Source: a virus
Taxonomy: Duplodnaviria; Caudoviricetes
Strand: one strand, 5' to 3'
Length of the DNA stretch: 38,030 nt
IMG/VR virus record: IMGVR_UViG_3300038492_000288
Coordinates: 1 to 38,030 of that record
Part shown: positions 14,976 through 23,907 of the stretch, piece after piece
Layout: the number at the start of each line of letters is the position of its first letter
How positions within the stretch are numbered: the first letter of the stretch is position 1
Notes under the pieces: model-generated
Told to the model about the DNA's origin: nothing
The model's input: only the letters and a program-made list of their open reading frames with translations
Database searches by the model: none
Translations under genes and position numbers: made by a program

Positions 14976-15624
14976 GCCTATCTACTTGGACGATGTTGTC
15001 CAGAACGATATGGAATGGGATCGTCTGCACCTCGGGGTCATCACGACCTCGGGGTTCAGCGATATGAAGGCAGGCGGTTCAGGCGTCACCAAGGACAAGT
15101 ATTGGTATGGCCGAGCCTCTGAGCGCATCACCGGAATCTCTGCGTCTGGCAATTACAAAAGCTGGCAGATGCAGCGTGGCCATGATCAGGAACACAAAGC
15201 TAGGTTACGCTACGAAATGATGACCGGGCTGGATGTTCGTCAGACTGGTTTCGTCTGGATGAACCCGGACAAACTCGTGGGCTCGAGCCCGGATGGGTTG
15301 ATCGGTGATGATGGTCTTGTCGAAATCAAGACGCGTGAAGTTCACATCCATATGCCTTGGGTTCTCAAATCTGAGAAGAAGATCTCGGGCACCTACATGG
15401 ATCAGGCGCAGGGACAAATGCTCGTCACTGGCCGTCAGTGGGTTGACTGGGTTTCGTACTGCCCCGAGGCTCCCATTCCTCTGGAGTGGTTCCGCATCCA
15501 TCGTGATGAGGATCACATCGACTTATTGGTTGCCGCCCTGGAACGCGCAATTTCAGGAATTGATGAGATCGAGGCCGAAATGCGTGCCGCCATGCATCAG
15601 CGCCTTGGATCAGGAGTACATTGA
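14965..15624 (+). CDS. exo: Lambda-exonuclease/YqaJ family protein
   Basis: Q...EW...., MQRGH.QE..AR, SSPDGL, EIK, Q.QGQM. Confidence 0.92.
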   Translation: MKVEPIYLDDVVQNDMEWDRLHLGVITTSGFSDMKAGGSGVTKDKYWYGRASERITGISASGNYKSWQMQRGHDQEHKARLRYEMMTGLDVRQTGFVWMNPDKLVGSSPDGLIGDDGLVEIKTREVHIHMPWVLKSEKKISGTYMDQAQGQMLVTGRQWVDWVSYCPEAPIPLEWFRIHRDEDHIDLLVAALERAISGIDEIEAEMRAAMHQRLGSGVH

Positions 15625-15625
15625 A

Positions 15626-15994
15626 ATGGGCATACAAATCACATTGCTCGTCGGTCAGGAGCATAATTTGCAAAACGACAGGAATCTGTTTTTCGAGACT
15701 CTGGCCACTGTTGAGCTTGGTACCGGGTTTCAGGATTCCAAAATCAGCAGACTCTGGTCTGCCAGCAACAAGGGAGACTTTACTTGGTACTGGTATGACA
15801 TGGATGGTCAAGAAAAAATCACCGAGGACAAGTACGGAAAAAAACCAAAGTGCTATCGAATGCATGCTGTTTTGTCTGCGCTTGAATCTGACATCGAGAA
15901 AGAGCCAACAGATGTCCTGCAGGCTGCTCATGCGCTTGTTCGGCATTTTAACGATTCGCCTGCAACCTACTACGCTTTGTTGTACGGCCACTAA
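15626..15994 (+). CDS. Hypothetical protein
   Basis: AGGAG SD before ATG 15626. Confidence 0.65.
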   Translation: MGIQITLLVGQEHNLQNDRNLFFETLATVELGTGFQDSKISRLWSASNKGDFTWYWYDMDGQEKITEDKYGKKPKCYRMHAVLSALESDIEKEPTDVLQAAHALVRHFNDSPATYYALLYGH

Positions 15995-16026
15995 AGCGGG
16001 CCCCCCGCATAAATCACAGGTAAAAC

Positions 16027-16455
16027 ATGGAGAATGAAATAATGGAAAAACTTAGCATGGATCTACCCACAGAAATCGTCGAACGCGCTGTTCGCGATAA
16101 AATCAACGCAGCGATTGCAGAGTCGCTTGGAGATTCCGAAGCGCTCATAACCAGTCTGGTTGATGCCGCCTTGAAGGTGAAGGTCAGCAACACAGGTGCT
16201 ATCAGCAAATATCCCTCAGACAACAAACACTCGTTTCTGGATGTGGTCACTGGCACTTTCATTCGGAAAGCTGCAGAGGAGGCTTTATCCGAACATCTGA
16301 AAGAGATGTTGCCCTCCATTAAGGAGGCGGTGATCAAAGCCGTAAAGAGGTCGCCCTCAAAATGGGCAGAGCTGTTCATGAGTACAATCGAAGGCTCGAT
16401 GTCTTCCAGCTTCCGTCCTCACTTCACCTTCACACTTCACACCAAGGAGCAGTGA
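16027..16455 (+). CDS. Hypothetical protein
   Basis: 142-aa ORF within the operon. Confidence 0.7.
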   Translation: MENEIMEKLSMDLPTEIVERAVRDKINAAIAESLGDSEALITSLVDAALKVKVSNTGAISKYPSDNKHSFLDVVTGTFIRKAAEEALSEHLKEMLPSIKEAVIKAVKRSPSKWAELFMSTIEGSMSSSFRPHFTFTLHTKEQ

Positions 16456-16456
16456 C

Positions 16457-17671
16457 ATGCATGTGATCACACTTGAAGCTGAAAACCTCAAGCGGCTAAA
16501 GGCCGTACACATCGAGCCGAAAGGTTCAGTCGTGAAGATCACAGGCGCCAATGGTCAAGGCAAGACAACCGTCCTTGATGCGCTCTGGTGGGCCATGGCT
16601 GGCACTCGGAACATTCAGGAGATGCCCATTCGCAAAGGTGAGGACTCTGCTCGGGTTCGCGTTGAACTTGGCGACCTGGTAGTCGAAAGAATTTTCAAGG
16701 ACGGCAAGTCATCGGTCAAAGTGTGGGACGAAGGCAGGCAGCTGCGTTCGCCACAGAAGGTTCTTGATGAACTGATCGGCAAGCTGTCATTCGATCCTCT
16801 GGAGTTCACTCGGATGTCTCAGGCGCAGCAGATTGAAATGATCAAGGATCTTGCTGGTGTCGGTGATGAGATTGATCGCCTCGATGGGCTGATCGCTGAT
16901 CAGTTTGAGAATCGAACTGAAGTGAACCGGGAAGTGAAACGGTTGCAGTCTGTCCTTGATTCAACTGCGCGTCCTGACCCGGATCTGGTACCGGATCGTG
17001 AAGTGAACGTGTCTGAACTGGCCAGCCAGCTCTCAGCTGCGCAGGAACACAATCACCGCATCGAACTGATGCGTGCTGACAATGACTCGCAGATCGAAAC
17101 TCTGAACAAGCTGCGCATGCGGTGCACTGAGCTTGAGAAGAAGATCAAAGAAGATGCCGCCAAGATCGCGCTTCCTGAGAACGATTACATCGACACCACT
17201 GTGATTTCTGAGGCCATCGACAACGCTGAATCTGCAAATCGCCTGTTCAGGGAAAAGCAGCAGATCAATGAAACGATGGAGGCTCTGGAAGAAGCAAAAG
17301 CCGATTCTGATGATCTCACGCAGTCGATTGAAAAGTACCGCGCTAAGAAGGTCGAGGTCATGGCCAAGTCAATGTTGCCCGTCAAGGATCTGACAGTCAC
17401 CGAAGATGGCGTCATGCTGTCTGGTGTGCCTTTTGAGCAGGCGAGTGGCGCTGAACAGCTTCTGGTGTCTATGCGGCTGGCTATGGCGGCAAACCCGAAG
17501 GTGCGTGTCCTGCGGGCCACTGACGCCTCTCTGCTGGACTCTCAGTCGTTGGAAATCATCACGAAGGCTGCTGGTGACAACAACTACCAGATCTGGTTGG
17601 AGATCGTGGACGAGTCTGGTGAAGTTGGCATCGTCATCGAGGACGGCAAGGTCGCCGCAGTCAACGACTGA
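16457..17671 (+). CDS. SMC/Rad50-like ABC-type ATPase with coiled coil
   Basis: Walker A GANGQGKT, central coiled coil, signature ASGAEQ, D-loop-like SLLD. Confidence 0.85.
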   Translation: MHVITLEAENLKRLKAVHIEPKGSVVKITGANGQGKTTVLDALWWAMAGTRNIQEMPIRKGEDSARVRVELGDLVVERIFKDGKSSVKVWDEGRQLRSPQKVLDELIGKLSFDPLEFTRMSQAQQIEMIKDLAGVGDEIDRLDGLIADQFENRTEVNREVKRLQSVLDSTARPDPDLVPDREVNVSELASQLSAAQEHNHRIELMRADNDSQIETLNKLRMRCTELEKKIKEDAAKIALPENDYIDTTVISEAIDNAESANRLFREKQQINETMEALEEAKADSDDLTQSIEKYRAKKVEVMAKSMLPVKDLTVTEDGVMLSGVPFEQASGAEQLLVSMRLAMAANPKVRVLRATDASLLDSQSLEIITKAAGDNNYQIWLEIVDESGEVGIVIEDGKVAAVND

Positions 17672-17856
17672 TGCGTACTGAGCCTTGCATGAAGTGTGGG
17701 TCGGCTGTTGAGGTCGATCCGGACTTTGAATACGAATTCTGCTGTCCTGTGGTCACTCAGACCATGCCATGTGGATGCATGGGCATGCCTTTGAACCCTG
17801 TCATATGTGAAAAGTGCGACACCAGAATTCTGGATTTCAGAATGGAGTTCCCATGA
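17671..17856 (+). CDS. Small Cys-rich (Zn-binding) protein
   Basis: CMKC, CC, CGC and CEKC in 61 aa. Confidence 0.65.
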   Translation: MRTEPCMKCGSAVEVDPDFEYEFCCPVVTQTMPCGCMGMPLNPVICEKCDTRILDFRMEFP

Positions 17857-18182
17857 AAACCTCACACCTGTTACACAAACCAAACCGCATTTGGCTGAAC
17901 CCAACCGATGCAAGCCGAATGACCGCCTCTGAGCCGCTCACGCTGCTCCTGAACGTCCACAATCACCGCAGGCACCATTCCCGTCAGAACATGCGTGCTT
18001 TTGACCGTGTGATGTCTGACAACACGATTACTACCATCTTAGGCTCTATGCATCCGGCCACAGATGGCGCTGCCCTGGATGCGATCCTTCACGAAATGGG
18101 CAAACTGGAGCCACATCAAATTGTGGCAATCTGTCAAAAACTGATCAATGAGGTTAACTATGGCGAGCAAGAACCTGGCTGA
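17853..18182 (+). CDS. Hypothetical protein
   Basis: ATGA overlap and GGAG SD. Confidence 0.6.
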   Translation: MKTSHLLHKPNRIWLNPTDASRMTASEPLTLLLNVHNHRRHHSRQNMRAFDRVMSDNTITTILGSMHPATDGAALDAILHEMGKLEPHQIVAICQKLINEVNYGEQEPG

Positions 18183-18426
18183 ACTTATCAATGAACTGAT
18201 TGAAGACGTGGAGTCTGATCTGTTCTCGAAAATGGCTCCAGCACTCCATGAGGCAGCTGATGTCTTGCATGATGAAGGATTCTGCATTTCGTCGCTTCGT
18301 GTTAACTTCGCTGATACAACTGGCTTGCTTGACCCGAGCCAGCGTACCGCGCCTGTGTCGATAGACATCGAATTGTCGCCTCCTGTGCGTGGTTTACTTT
18401 CACTCGATAGGAGGATTCAACAATGA
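18160..18426 (+). CDS. Hypothetical protein
   Basis: GAGG SD before ATG 18160. Confidence 0.6.
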   Translation: MASKNLAELINELIEDVESDLFSKMAPALHEAADVLHDEGFCISSLRVNFADTTGLLDPSQRTAPVSIDIELSPPVRGLLSLDRRIQQ

Positions 18427-18923
18427 GAACCTTGGCCATCGCTATCTGCCTGCTGTTGTCTGCATGTGCCAGCACTGAGAACTGGGATCATGATCGTCGT
18501 TACGTTCTGGAGAACCCGGAAATCTGCAGGGATGTCGGTGTGGATCCGGATCGGCATTCTGACTTCTACGCTAACGCGCCCTGGAAAGGAATTGAGAAGG
18601 TCTGGAACATCGAGGAAGCCTGCGGCGAAGATTGGGCATTCGGTTGCGTCAATCCGATCACTGGCGAGGCCTATATCTACATGACTGCTGATCGTCGCAC
18701 CTATCTGCACGATGTCTGCCATATGGCTGGCTTTAACACTCACACATATGATGACTGGGAGTTGACGCTGTGGGCCGCTAAAAACTCCGTCCTGAAGCCT
18801 CCGGTTCGTGAGCGCGATCCTCGTTGTGATGGCGCGTGTCGTTTGCGCTGGAGTGAATGGCGTGATCGCGTTGAAATGGTCGAGGCTGAAATCGAAAGGC
18901 GTCGTGCTGAAGAGCTGTATTGA
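18423..18923 (+). CDS. Lipoprotein with HDxxH (zincin-like) motif
   Basis: Lipobox LSAC; YLHDVCH; several Cys; AGGAGG SD. Confidence 0.75.
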   Translation: MRTLAIAICLLLSACASTENWDHDRRYVLENPEICRDVGVDPDRHSDFYANAPWKGIEKVWNIEEACGEDWAFGCVNPITGEAYIYMTADRRTYLHDVCHMAGFNTHTYDDWELTLWAAKNSVLKPPVRERDPRCDGACRLRWSEWRDRVEMVEAEIERRRAEELY

Positions 18924-18925
18924 GG

Positions 18926-18979
18926 GGCAAATTTACTTGACATCTGACCCGGTTAGAGCGACTATAGACCTGCGAGAAC
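18926..18979 (+). promoter_or_regulatory. Early promoter cassette, copy 1
   Basis: GGCAAATTTACTTGACA-N17-GACTAT...CCTGCGAGAAC; same layout as 19719-19772. Confidence 0.75.
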
Positions 18980-19002
18980 AAACAACCGAACAGGAAAATC
19001 TA

Positions 19003-19206
19003 ATGCCTAATTTGAAAGCCAGAAAGCAAGCCGAAAAGCTCCACTCAGAACTCATGGAAATGATGCAGCGCGTTGAAGCCACGCTGTCTATGTACCCTCT
19101 GGACGATTCCACAAACTACGCTGATGTCGGCCAGCTGGCTCATTACAAAGATCAGCTCCAGAACATCTCTGATTCACTTCATGGCGAAGGGGAGTATGCA
19201 TCATGA
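19003..19206 (+). CDS. Hypothetical protein (67 aa)
   Basis: AGGA SD; first gene after promoter copy 1. Confidence 0.7.
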   Translation: MPNLKARKQAEKLHSELMEMMQRVEATLSMYPLDDSTNYADVGQLAHYKDQLQNISDSLHGEGEYAS

Positions 19207-19424
19207 GAGGCATGACTGTCCTACTTCTTGACGAGTCTGAAATCCCGCAACGCGATCAACTGGTTGGAGCCTCAGTGTACTGCCCACGTGTTAGAACTCA
19301 TGGCAGGATCTCTATGGTTTCTGAGGTTGGTTTCTTGATGAATTGTCAAAATGAGAATCGACGTGTTGAGGCTTGCAGTTGGGATTGCTTGGTGCCAGAA
19401 CTGCAGAAGGAGAAGGCCTCATGA
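19203..19424 (+). CDS. Small beta-barrel-like hypothetical protein
   Basis: GGAG SD; similar to the next ORF. Confidence 0.65.
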   Translation: MRGMTVLLLDESEIPQRDQLVGASVYCPRVRTHGRISMVSEVGFLMNCQNENRRVEACSWDCLVPELQKEKAS

Positions 19425-19648
19425 AGGTTCGCGTATTGGGCAGCAAGTTCATGCCTGCTTCTGCGTATGTCGTTGGCACTCATGTTTATATTCCAGAGAT
19501 CAACACTTTTGGAGTGATCAAGACTGCTCTCTGCTCTGCGTGTGTTGTCGAAGACAAGGACGGAAAATTGCACGCATGCAGACACAAAGACATCGAGCCG
19601 GATGTCTCGACTCCTGAAGGCATAATGTCCAACGAGATTATCAACTGA
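19421..19648 (+). CDS. Small beta-barrel-like hypothetical protein
   Basis: ATGA overlap; similar to the previous ORF. Confidence 0.65.
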   Translation: MKVRVLGSKFMPASAYVVGTHVYIPEINTFGVIKTALCSACVVEDKDGKLHACRHKDIEPDVSTPEGIMSNEIIN

Positions 19649-19680
19649 TTCACCCTCCTAACAACATTTGTTGTTGGTTT

Positions 19681-19708
19681 GCCACCTCTCACGGGGTGGC
19701 TTTTTTTT
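19681..19708 (+). terminator. Intrinsic terminator
   Basis: GCCACCTC-TCAC-GGGGTGGC followed by T8. Confidence 0.85.
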
Positions 19709-19718
19709 GCCCACAGGA

Positions 19719-19772
19719 GGCAAATTTACTTGACAATCATAGCCGCCAGAGCGAACATAACCCTGCGAGAAC
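19719..19772 (+). promoter_or_regulatory. Early promoter cassette, copy 2
   Basis: GGCAAATTTACTTGACA-N17-GAACAT...CCTGCGAGAAC directly after a terminator. Confidence 0.75.
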
Positions 19773-19793
19773 GAAAACAACTAGGAGAGTGAA

Positions 19794-20039
19794 ATGTCTA
19801 ACAAAATCGCAATTGCAGACGTCATTGATCGAATCATCCTTGCTGGTGGCTCTCTGGAAATCACACGCGAAGAAGCAGACGAAATCATGCTGTACTTCGT
19901 GTCTGAAAACCAACTGATCCCGGATTTGAAAGGCTCACTGATCTTTGCCTCCGGTTTCGAATTCACCGACATCGACATCACATTCATTTGTACGCTGTTC
20001 AGGCAGCGAAAAGAAAACTCACAGGGAGAGAACTCATGA
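19794..20039 (+). CDS. Hypothetical protein
   Basis: AGGAG SD; 81 aa. Confidence 0.7.
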   Translation: MSNKIAIADVIDRIILAGGSLEITREEADEIMLYFVSENQLIPDLKGSLIFASGFEFTDIDITFICTLFRQRKENSQGENS

Positions 20040-20647
20040 AACAGAATCGAATCACATTGAAGAACATCAAGCATGCCGAATTCGCAAGCGAAGAGACCAA
20101 CTGCTACAAGGCGTCGGTATACTTCGATGGCAAGCGCGTAGGCATCGTGTCCAATGACGGTCATGGTGGCTGCGACTACCAGTGGCCTCGTGACCAAGCT
20201 GGTTGGGATGCGATGCACGAGTACATCAGTGAACTGAACAAGCGCGAAGACCAAGTTGAAAAGGCGAAGGACATTCGTGCTGCGATGCGTCAAGCGATTC
20301 AGTGGGGTGAGGCCTCTCTGTCTGAAAACGACCTGCAGGAACCCGATGAAGTGATTCTGAGGGACTTCGCTTGGGTCATCGAACAGAAGATTTTCGAGAT
20401 CGACCTTGAAAGCATCTGCAGCGACTTACTGGAACGGCACCTGCAGCTGAAGGTTTTCAAGAAGGCATGCCGGAAGAAGATCGCATTTTTCACTGGCATC
20501 TGGAATGGCGAGTATTCCTTTTTCGGCACTGGTCGCCACACCGAGGAATCGATCAGAGCCCACATCATGAAAAAGTACCCGAAGGCCACAATCATCAACG
20601 ATCTCACTGAAGACCAGTGGCTCGATATGGTAGGCTCTGCGGCGTAA
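20036..20647 (+). CDS. Hypothetical phage early protein
   Basis: ATGA overlap; SEET.CY.A.VYFDGK....VSNDGHGG motif. Confidence 0.75.
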   Translation: MKQNRITLKNIKHAEFASEETNCYKASVYFDGKRVGIVSNDGHGGCDYQWPRDQAGWDAMHEYISELNKREDQVEKAKDIRAAMRQAIQWGEASLSENDLQEPDEVILRDFAWVIEQKIFEIDLESICSDLLERHLQLKVFKKACRKKIAFFTGIWNGEYSFFGTGRHTEESIRAHIMKKYPKATIINDLTEDQWLDMVGSAA

Positions 20648-20667
20648 TCACCATGGGAGGTCTGAAG

Positions 20668-20889
20668 ATGCTATCTCGGGTTTGCTACCACTACGGTCAC
20701 GTTTGGAAATTTGACCACAGCTATCCGCTGGTACCGACGGACCTCCCTTCGCTTGGCCCTGCTCTGGTTGATCTATTCAGGGCTGAGATTGAATTCCACA
20801 CAATGGATGTCTTCGTGTGTGAGCGCTGTGGCGCAATCGAACACCGTCACGATGGCATCACCTTTATCTCTGAAGGAGAACGGATATGA
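20668..20889 (+). CDS. Small Cys/His protein
   Basis: GGAGG SD; C...GH.W and CERCG. Confidence 0.6.
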   Translation: MLSRVCYHYGHVWKFDHSYPLVPTDLPSLGPALVDLFRAEIEFHTMDVFVCERCGAIEHRHDGITFISEGERI

Positions 20890-21338
20890 ACGATGTTTTC
20901 AAGAACAACCTGATTGGCTTCCTGAAAGGATTGGCCGCTGGTGCCATCACTGGCGTCGTCGTCGTCTTTATTTTTTTCCTCGGCACTCAGACTTGTCGAG
21001 CATCAGACGACGATATCGTTCTGGTCACCACCTACATGGATGGCAGTCAGTCCGCTGTTGATCTCGATTTCGAGTTCCCTGCAGGTTACACGCATGTCAT
21101 TGCGGATCTGTACAACTTGGATGAAGGCCTCGTCTTCTCGGAGCAGGATCTTATCCAAACGTGCTGTGCTGAGACCGTCACCTTTGTCGGTCTTCAATGG
21201 GAGGACACCTATGTGGCGCGGCTTCGTTTCATTCGGATTCCGCTGCACAAGGACGGTTTCGAGTCTCGTGTTTCACGTGGAACATTCGACGACATCGTGC
21301 TGTGGTCTGACAGCTTCATCGCGGCTTCAGGAGATTGA
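20886..21338 (+). CDS. Membrane-anchored/exported beta-rich protein with DGFES motif
   Basis: N-terminal TM helix; FnIII-like TFVGL...TY...LR; LHKDGFES. Confidence 0.65.
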   Translation: MNDVFKNNLIGFLKGLAAGAITGVVVVFIFFLGTQTCRASDDDIVLVTTYMDGSQSAVDLDFEFPAGYTHVIADLYNLDEGLVFSEQDLIQTCCAETVTFVGLQWEDTYVARLRFIRIPLHKDGFESRVSRGTFDDIVLWSDSFIAASGD

Positions 21339-21339
21339 C

Positions 21340-21513
21340 ATGGACTCAAACAATGTAATCAGCAATCTTCGCCATATGGCGTGGGAACGCGCCAAGGGCG
21401 AACTGAGATCGATGCTACACACGTTCTGGAACGATCATGATAGGTATGAAGAACTCATGAATGAAGTTGAAGGAATGATTCACACCGTTGAGCATCGCGG
21501 TCTACACGAATAG
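21340..21513 (+). CDS. Hypothetical protein (57 aa)
   Basis: AGGAG SD; MAWERAKGELRSML. Confidence 0.65.
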   Translation: MDSNNVISNLRHMAWERAKGELRSMLHTFWNDHDRYEELMNEVEGMIHTVEHRGLHE

Positions 21514-21523
21514 TTCAAATTGA

Positions 21524-23572
21524 TCAGATGTAGTAGATCCAGCTCTCTGTGAAATCGGATGTCAATCCATTCACGTTCTCGGCTGTGATGTCTGTTCTGA
21601 TCGTATCCTCGTCACCTGTACCATGAGATGTAGCTGGATCAAACAACGCTGTTGTCCAGCTCGTCTCACCCTCACCCACATTGATTACCTCTGAGTGAAC
21701 CACATCACCGCTGTTCGTGTCCGTCATCGTGACTGTGAATCGCGTGAACAGCAGATACCCGTTGTTGTTGAATGTCACTGTCTTCGAGCTGTCTGGCTGC
21801 GCGTTGACTGTGTGCCCGGCCACCAGTGGGCAGATCCTCGGGTTGTAATTGTCCGGGATCGTCACTGTCTTGAAAGCGGTGAAGAGCGAGAGCACGCCTG
21901 CGGTTGATCTGAACGCCACGCGTACCTTGTGGTCAACGTTCGGGCATGGCACGTAGTGCTCCATATCATCGCCGCTGGTGAATGGAAAGTTCGCCATCTC
22001 ATTCACGTCCAGTTCGATGCTTGAGAAAATCTGCGTTTCTGCTGTGTTCCAGTGTTCAATGAGAACGGATGCGACAAAGGTGTAATCTGGTTGGTATGTG
22101 ATTACTTCCTGGATCCAAGTGAACGGGTTCACGTAGTCATCGTAGAACGGGTTCGGCCATGTCGGTGTTGGTGGGTTCAGTGGATCGTCAAGATCTGCGC
22201 CACCAAGGTTCGGATCTGTCTGGACGCTGTCACTGTAGCTGTTCGCGTCGTAGTTTTTCATCACCAGATCGTACCTGTTCTCGAGCATGCGGATGCCTAC
22301 CACTCGCACAAGCTGGTTCGTCAGTCCGACTCGACTGTCTGAATAGGAGCCTACATCACCGATTGCGATCTCGATTCCTTTATCCACCACGGTACCGTAA
22401 ATCGTCCACGGCTCCAGACTGAGGTGGTTGAAACGTTCGATTGCTTCTCTGTGAAGCTGTTCGTAATTGTCCACGCCTGGCAAATCGACGCGGCTCAGAC
22501 GTTCGTCGTTACCGGATCCGACTGCACTGGCGTGGATCTGCTTGTTCAGGGTGTGGTTGTAGCCGATGCACTTCACGTCCTTCGGCCTGTTGGCCAGACT
22601 CGCGATCTTGATCTTTGTCTGCCCGATGATGTCATCTTCGGTGATCGTGAACGTCGAGGAGGCTGGTCGATTCGGGATCAACTGGATCTCGTCGCCGTCA
22701 TCGAACAGGTACACACCGGAATGCGCAGCCAGGTTATTCAGTGTGTCCTGCGTATCCTGTACCTTGTTGAGAAAGATGTTCAGCGTCCTGCGCTTGTCGC
22801 CGCCTGGCACAATCTCGTCGCATGAGTTCGCGTGCGCGATCACACTGGCATCGTTCACGGATCGATTGTGGTAATTTTCGATGTAGTGTTTGATGACCAG
22901 CGCGTTGTTTCCGAGCCTCGTCGTGCCTCCACGCGGATCCGTCATTTCGAGCCCGTCAAACACAGCTGACACAATTGGCGGCTGTGATCCGACCTTGTCG
23001 TGGTTCATCAGCAATCCGAACATCACCACGCCTGGCAGCGCATCAGGATATCCCGGAACATAGGGAGTCACCCATGTGCTTACATTTTGCGTTGAGCTCC
23101 CGTTCCAGTAGATCAATCGTCCCTGCGACCCTGTCAGGTTGCCACCACCAATCGGCGTGCCTGGCGTCATTCCAACAGGCGTGAGTTGTCGACCATCCAC
23201 TTCAATCTTGTGAATGTCACCGACTTCGCCCACACCGCCCTTGTACAAGAACAACCAGCCAACAAACGGGAATGAGAATTGACGGATCAGAATCGGCTGA
23301 AACGGGATGCGGCAGCGGCCATATGGGATGCCCAGTGGCGAGTTGGCGCCCGCAAGGAGAACGTCCATATTGATCGGCGTCGGTGGCGAGGTGTTGTTGA
23401 CCACAGGAGTCGGAACAATACCGATATCTTCCTCGGGTGGTGGATCTGTTTCGCCGTCACCTGTCTCGGGTATCGTGTTGTCCAGATCCGTGATCGTTGG
23501 GTCTGACGTGTACGTGATACCTGTGTCGGTGTCATACCATGTGTTGTTCGCGCCGATGTAGATCAGTGGCAT
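21524..23572 (-). CDS. Tail tip/hub protein (lambda J or GTA-like)
   Basis: IPYGR, GEVGDI, NNALVI..Y.....R, TITEDDIIG, GDV, R.....Y; last gene of the tail module. Confidence 0.8.
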   Translation of the reverse strand: MPLIYIGANNTWYDTDTGITYTSDPTITDLDNTIPETGDGETDPPPEEDIGIVPTPVVNNTSPPTPINMDVLLAGANSPLGIPYGRCRIPFQPILIRQFSFPFVGWLFLYKGGVGEVGDIHKIEVDGRQLTPVGMTPGTPIGGGNLTGSQGRLIYWNGSSTQNVSTWVTPYVPGYPDALPGVVMFGLLMNHDKVGSQPPIVSAVFDGLEMTDPRGGTTRLGNNALVIKHYIENYHNRSVNDASVIAHANSCDEIVPGGDKRRTLNIFLNKVQDTQDTLNNLAAHSGVYLFDDGDEIQLIPNRPASSTFTITEDDIIGQTKIKIASLANRPKDVKCIGYNHTLNKQIHASAVGSGNDERLSRVDLPGVDNYEQLHREAIERFNHLSLEPWTIYGTVVDKGIEIAIGDVGSYSDSRVGLTNQLVRVVGIRMLENRYDLVMKNYDANSYSDSVQTDPNLGGADLDDPLNPPTPTWPNPFYDDYVNPFTWIQEVITYQPDYTFVASVLIEHWNTAETQIFSSIELDVNEMANFPFTSGDDMEHYVPCPNVDHKVRVAFRSTAGVLSLFTAFKTVTIPDNYNPRICPLVAGHTVNAQPDSSKTVTFNNNGYLLFTRFTVTMTDTNSGDVVHSEVINVGEGETSWTTALFDPATSHGTGDEDTIRTDITAENVNGLTSDFTESWIYYI

Positions 23573-23907
23573 TATGCGATCTCCATTACAGTCGTGAGCT
23601 GCCAGAGACTTCCACGGCCATCCTTGTGCCTCGTGTACTTCGGTCTCTGCGTGTAAATCACGGAGTAGACAACCGAATCAACCACCCATGTCATATTGAA
23701 GGCTGACCGCTTGTTCGTGTCGTAGTGTGACTTGTGTGTGGCCAGAGTCGCGTCATCCACAAGGTGCTGAAGCACAAAAACGCCCTTGAGGACGCCATTG
23801 TAGTCATCGGTGACCAGCGTCTTGCCGTTCTTCGATGTCGTGGTTCGGATCCCGTCACGCGGAGTGAACGTGGAGCCTTGCAGTTGTGTTGTCGCTGGAT
23901 AACTCAT
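23572..23907 (-). CDS. Distal tail (lambda gpM/Dit-like) protein, copy 2
   Basis: 111 aa; size, position and pattern fit. Confidence 0.6.
   Translation of the reverse strand: MSYPATTQLQGSTFTPRDGIRTTTSKNGKTLVTDDYNGVLKGVFVLQHLVDDATLATHKSHYDTNKRSAFNMTWVVDSVVYSVIYTQRPKYTRHKDGRGSLWQLTTVMEIA

Noticed and set aside
21524-23572. Diversity-generating retroelement or invertible tail-fibre cassette
   Set aside because: No reverse transcriptase, invertase or TR/VR repeat pair was seen by eye.
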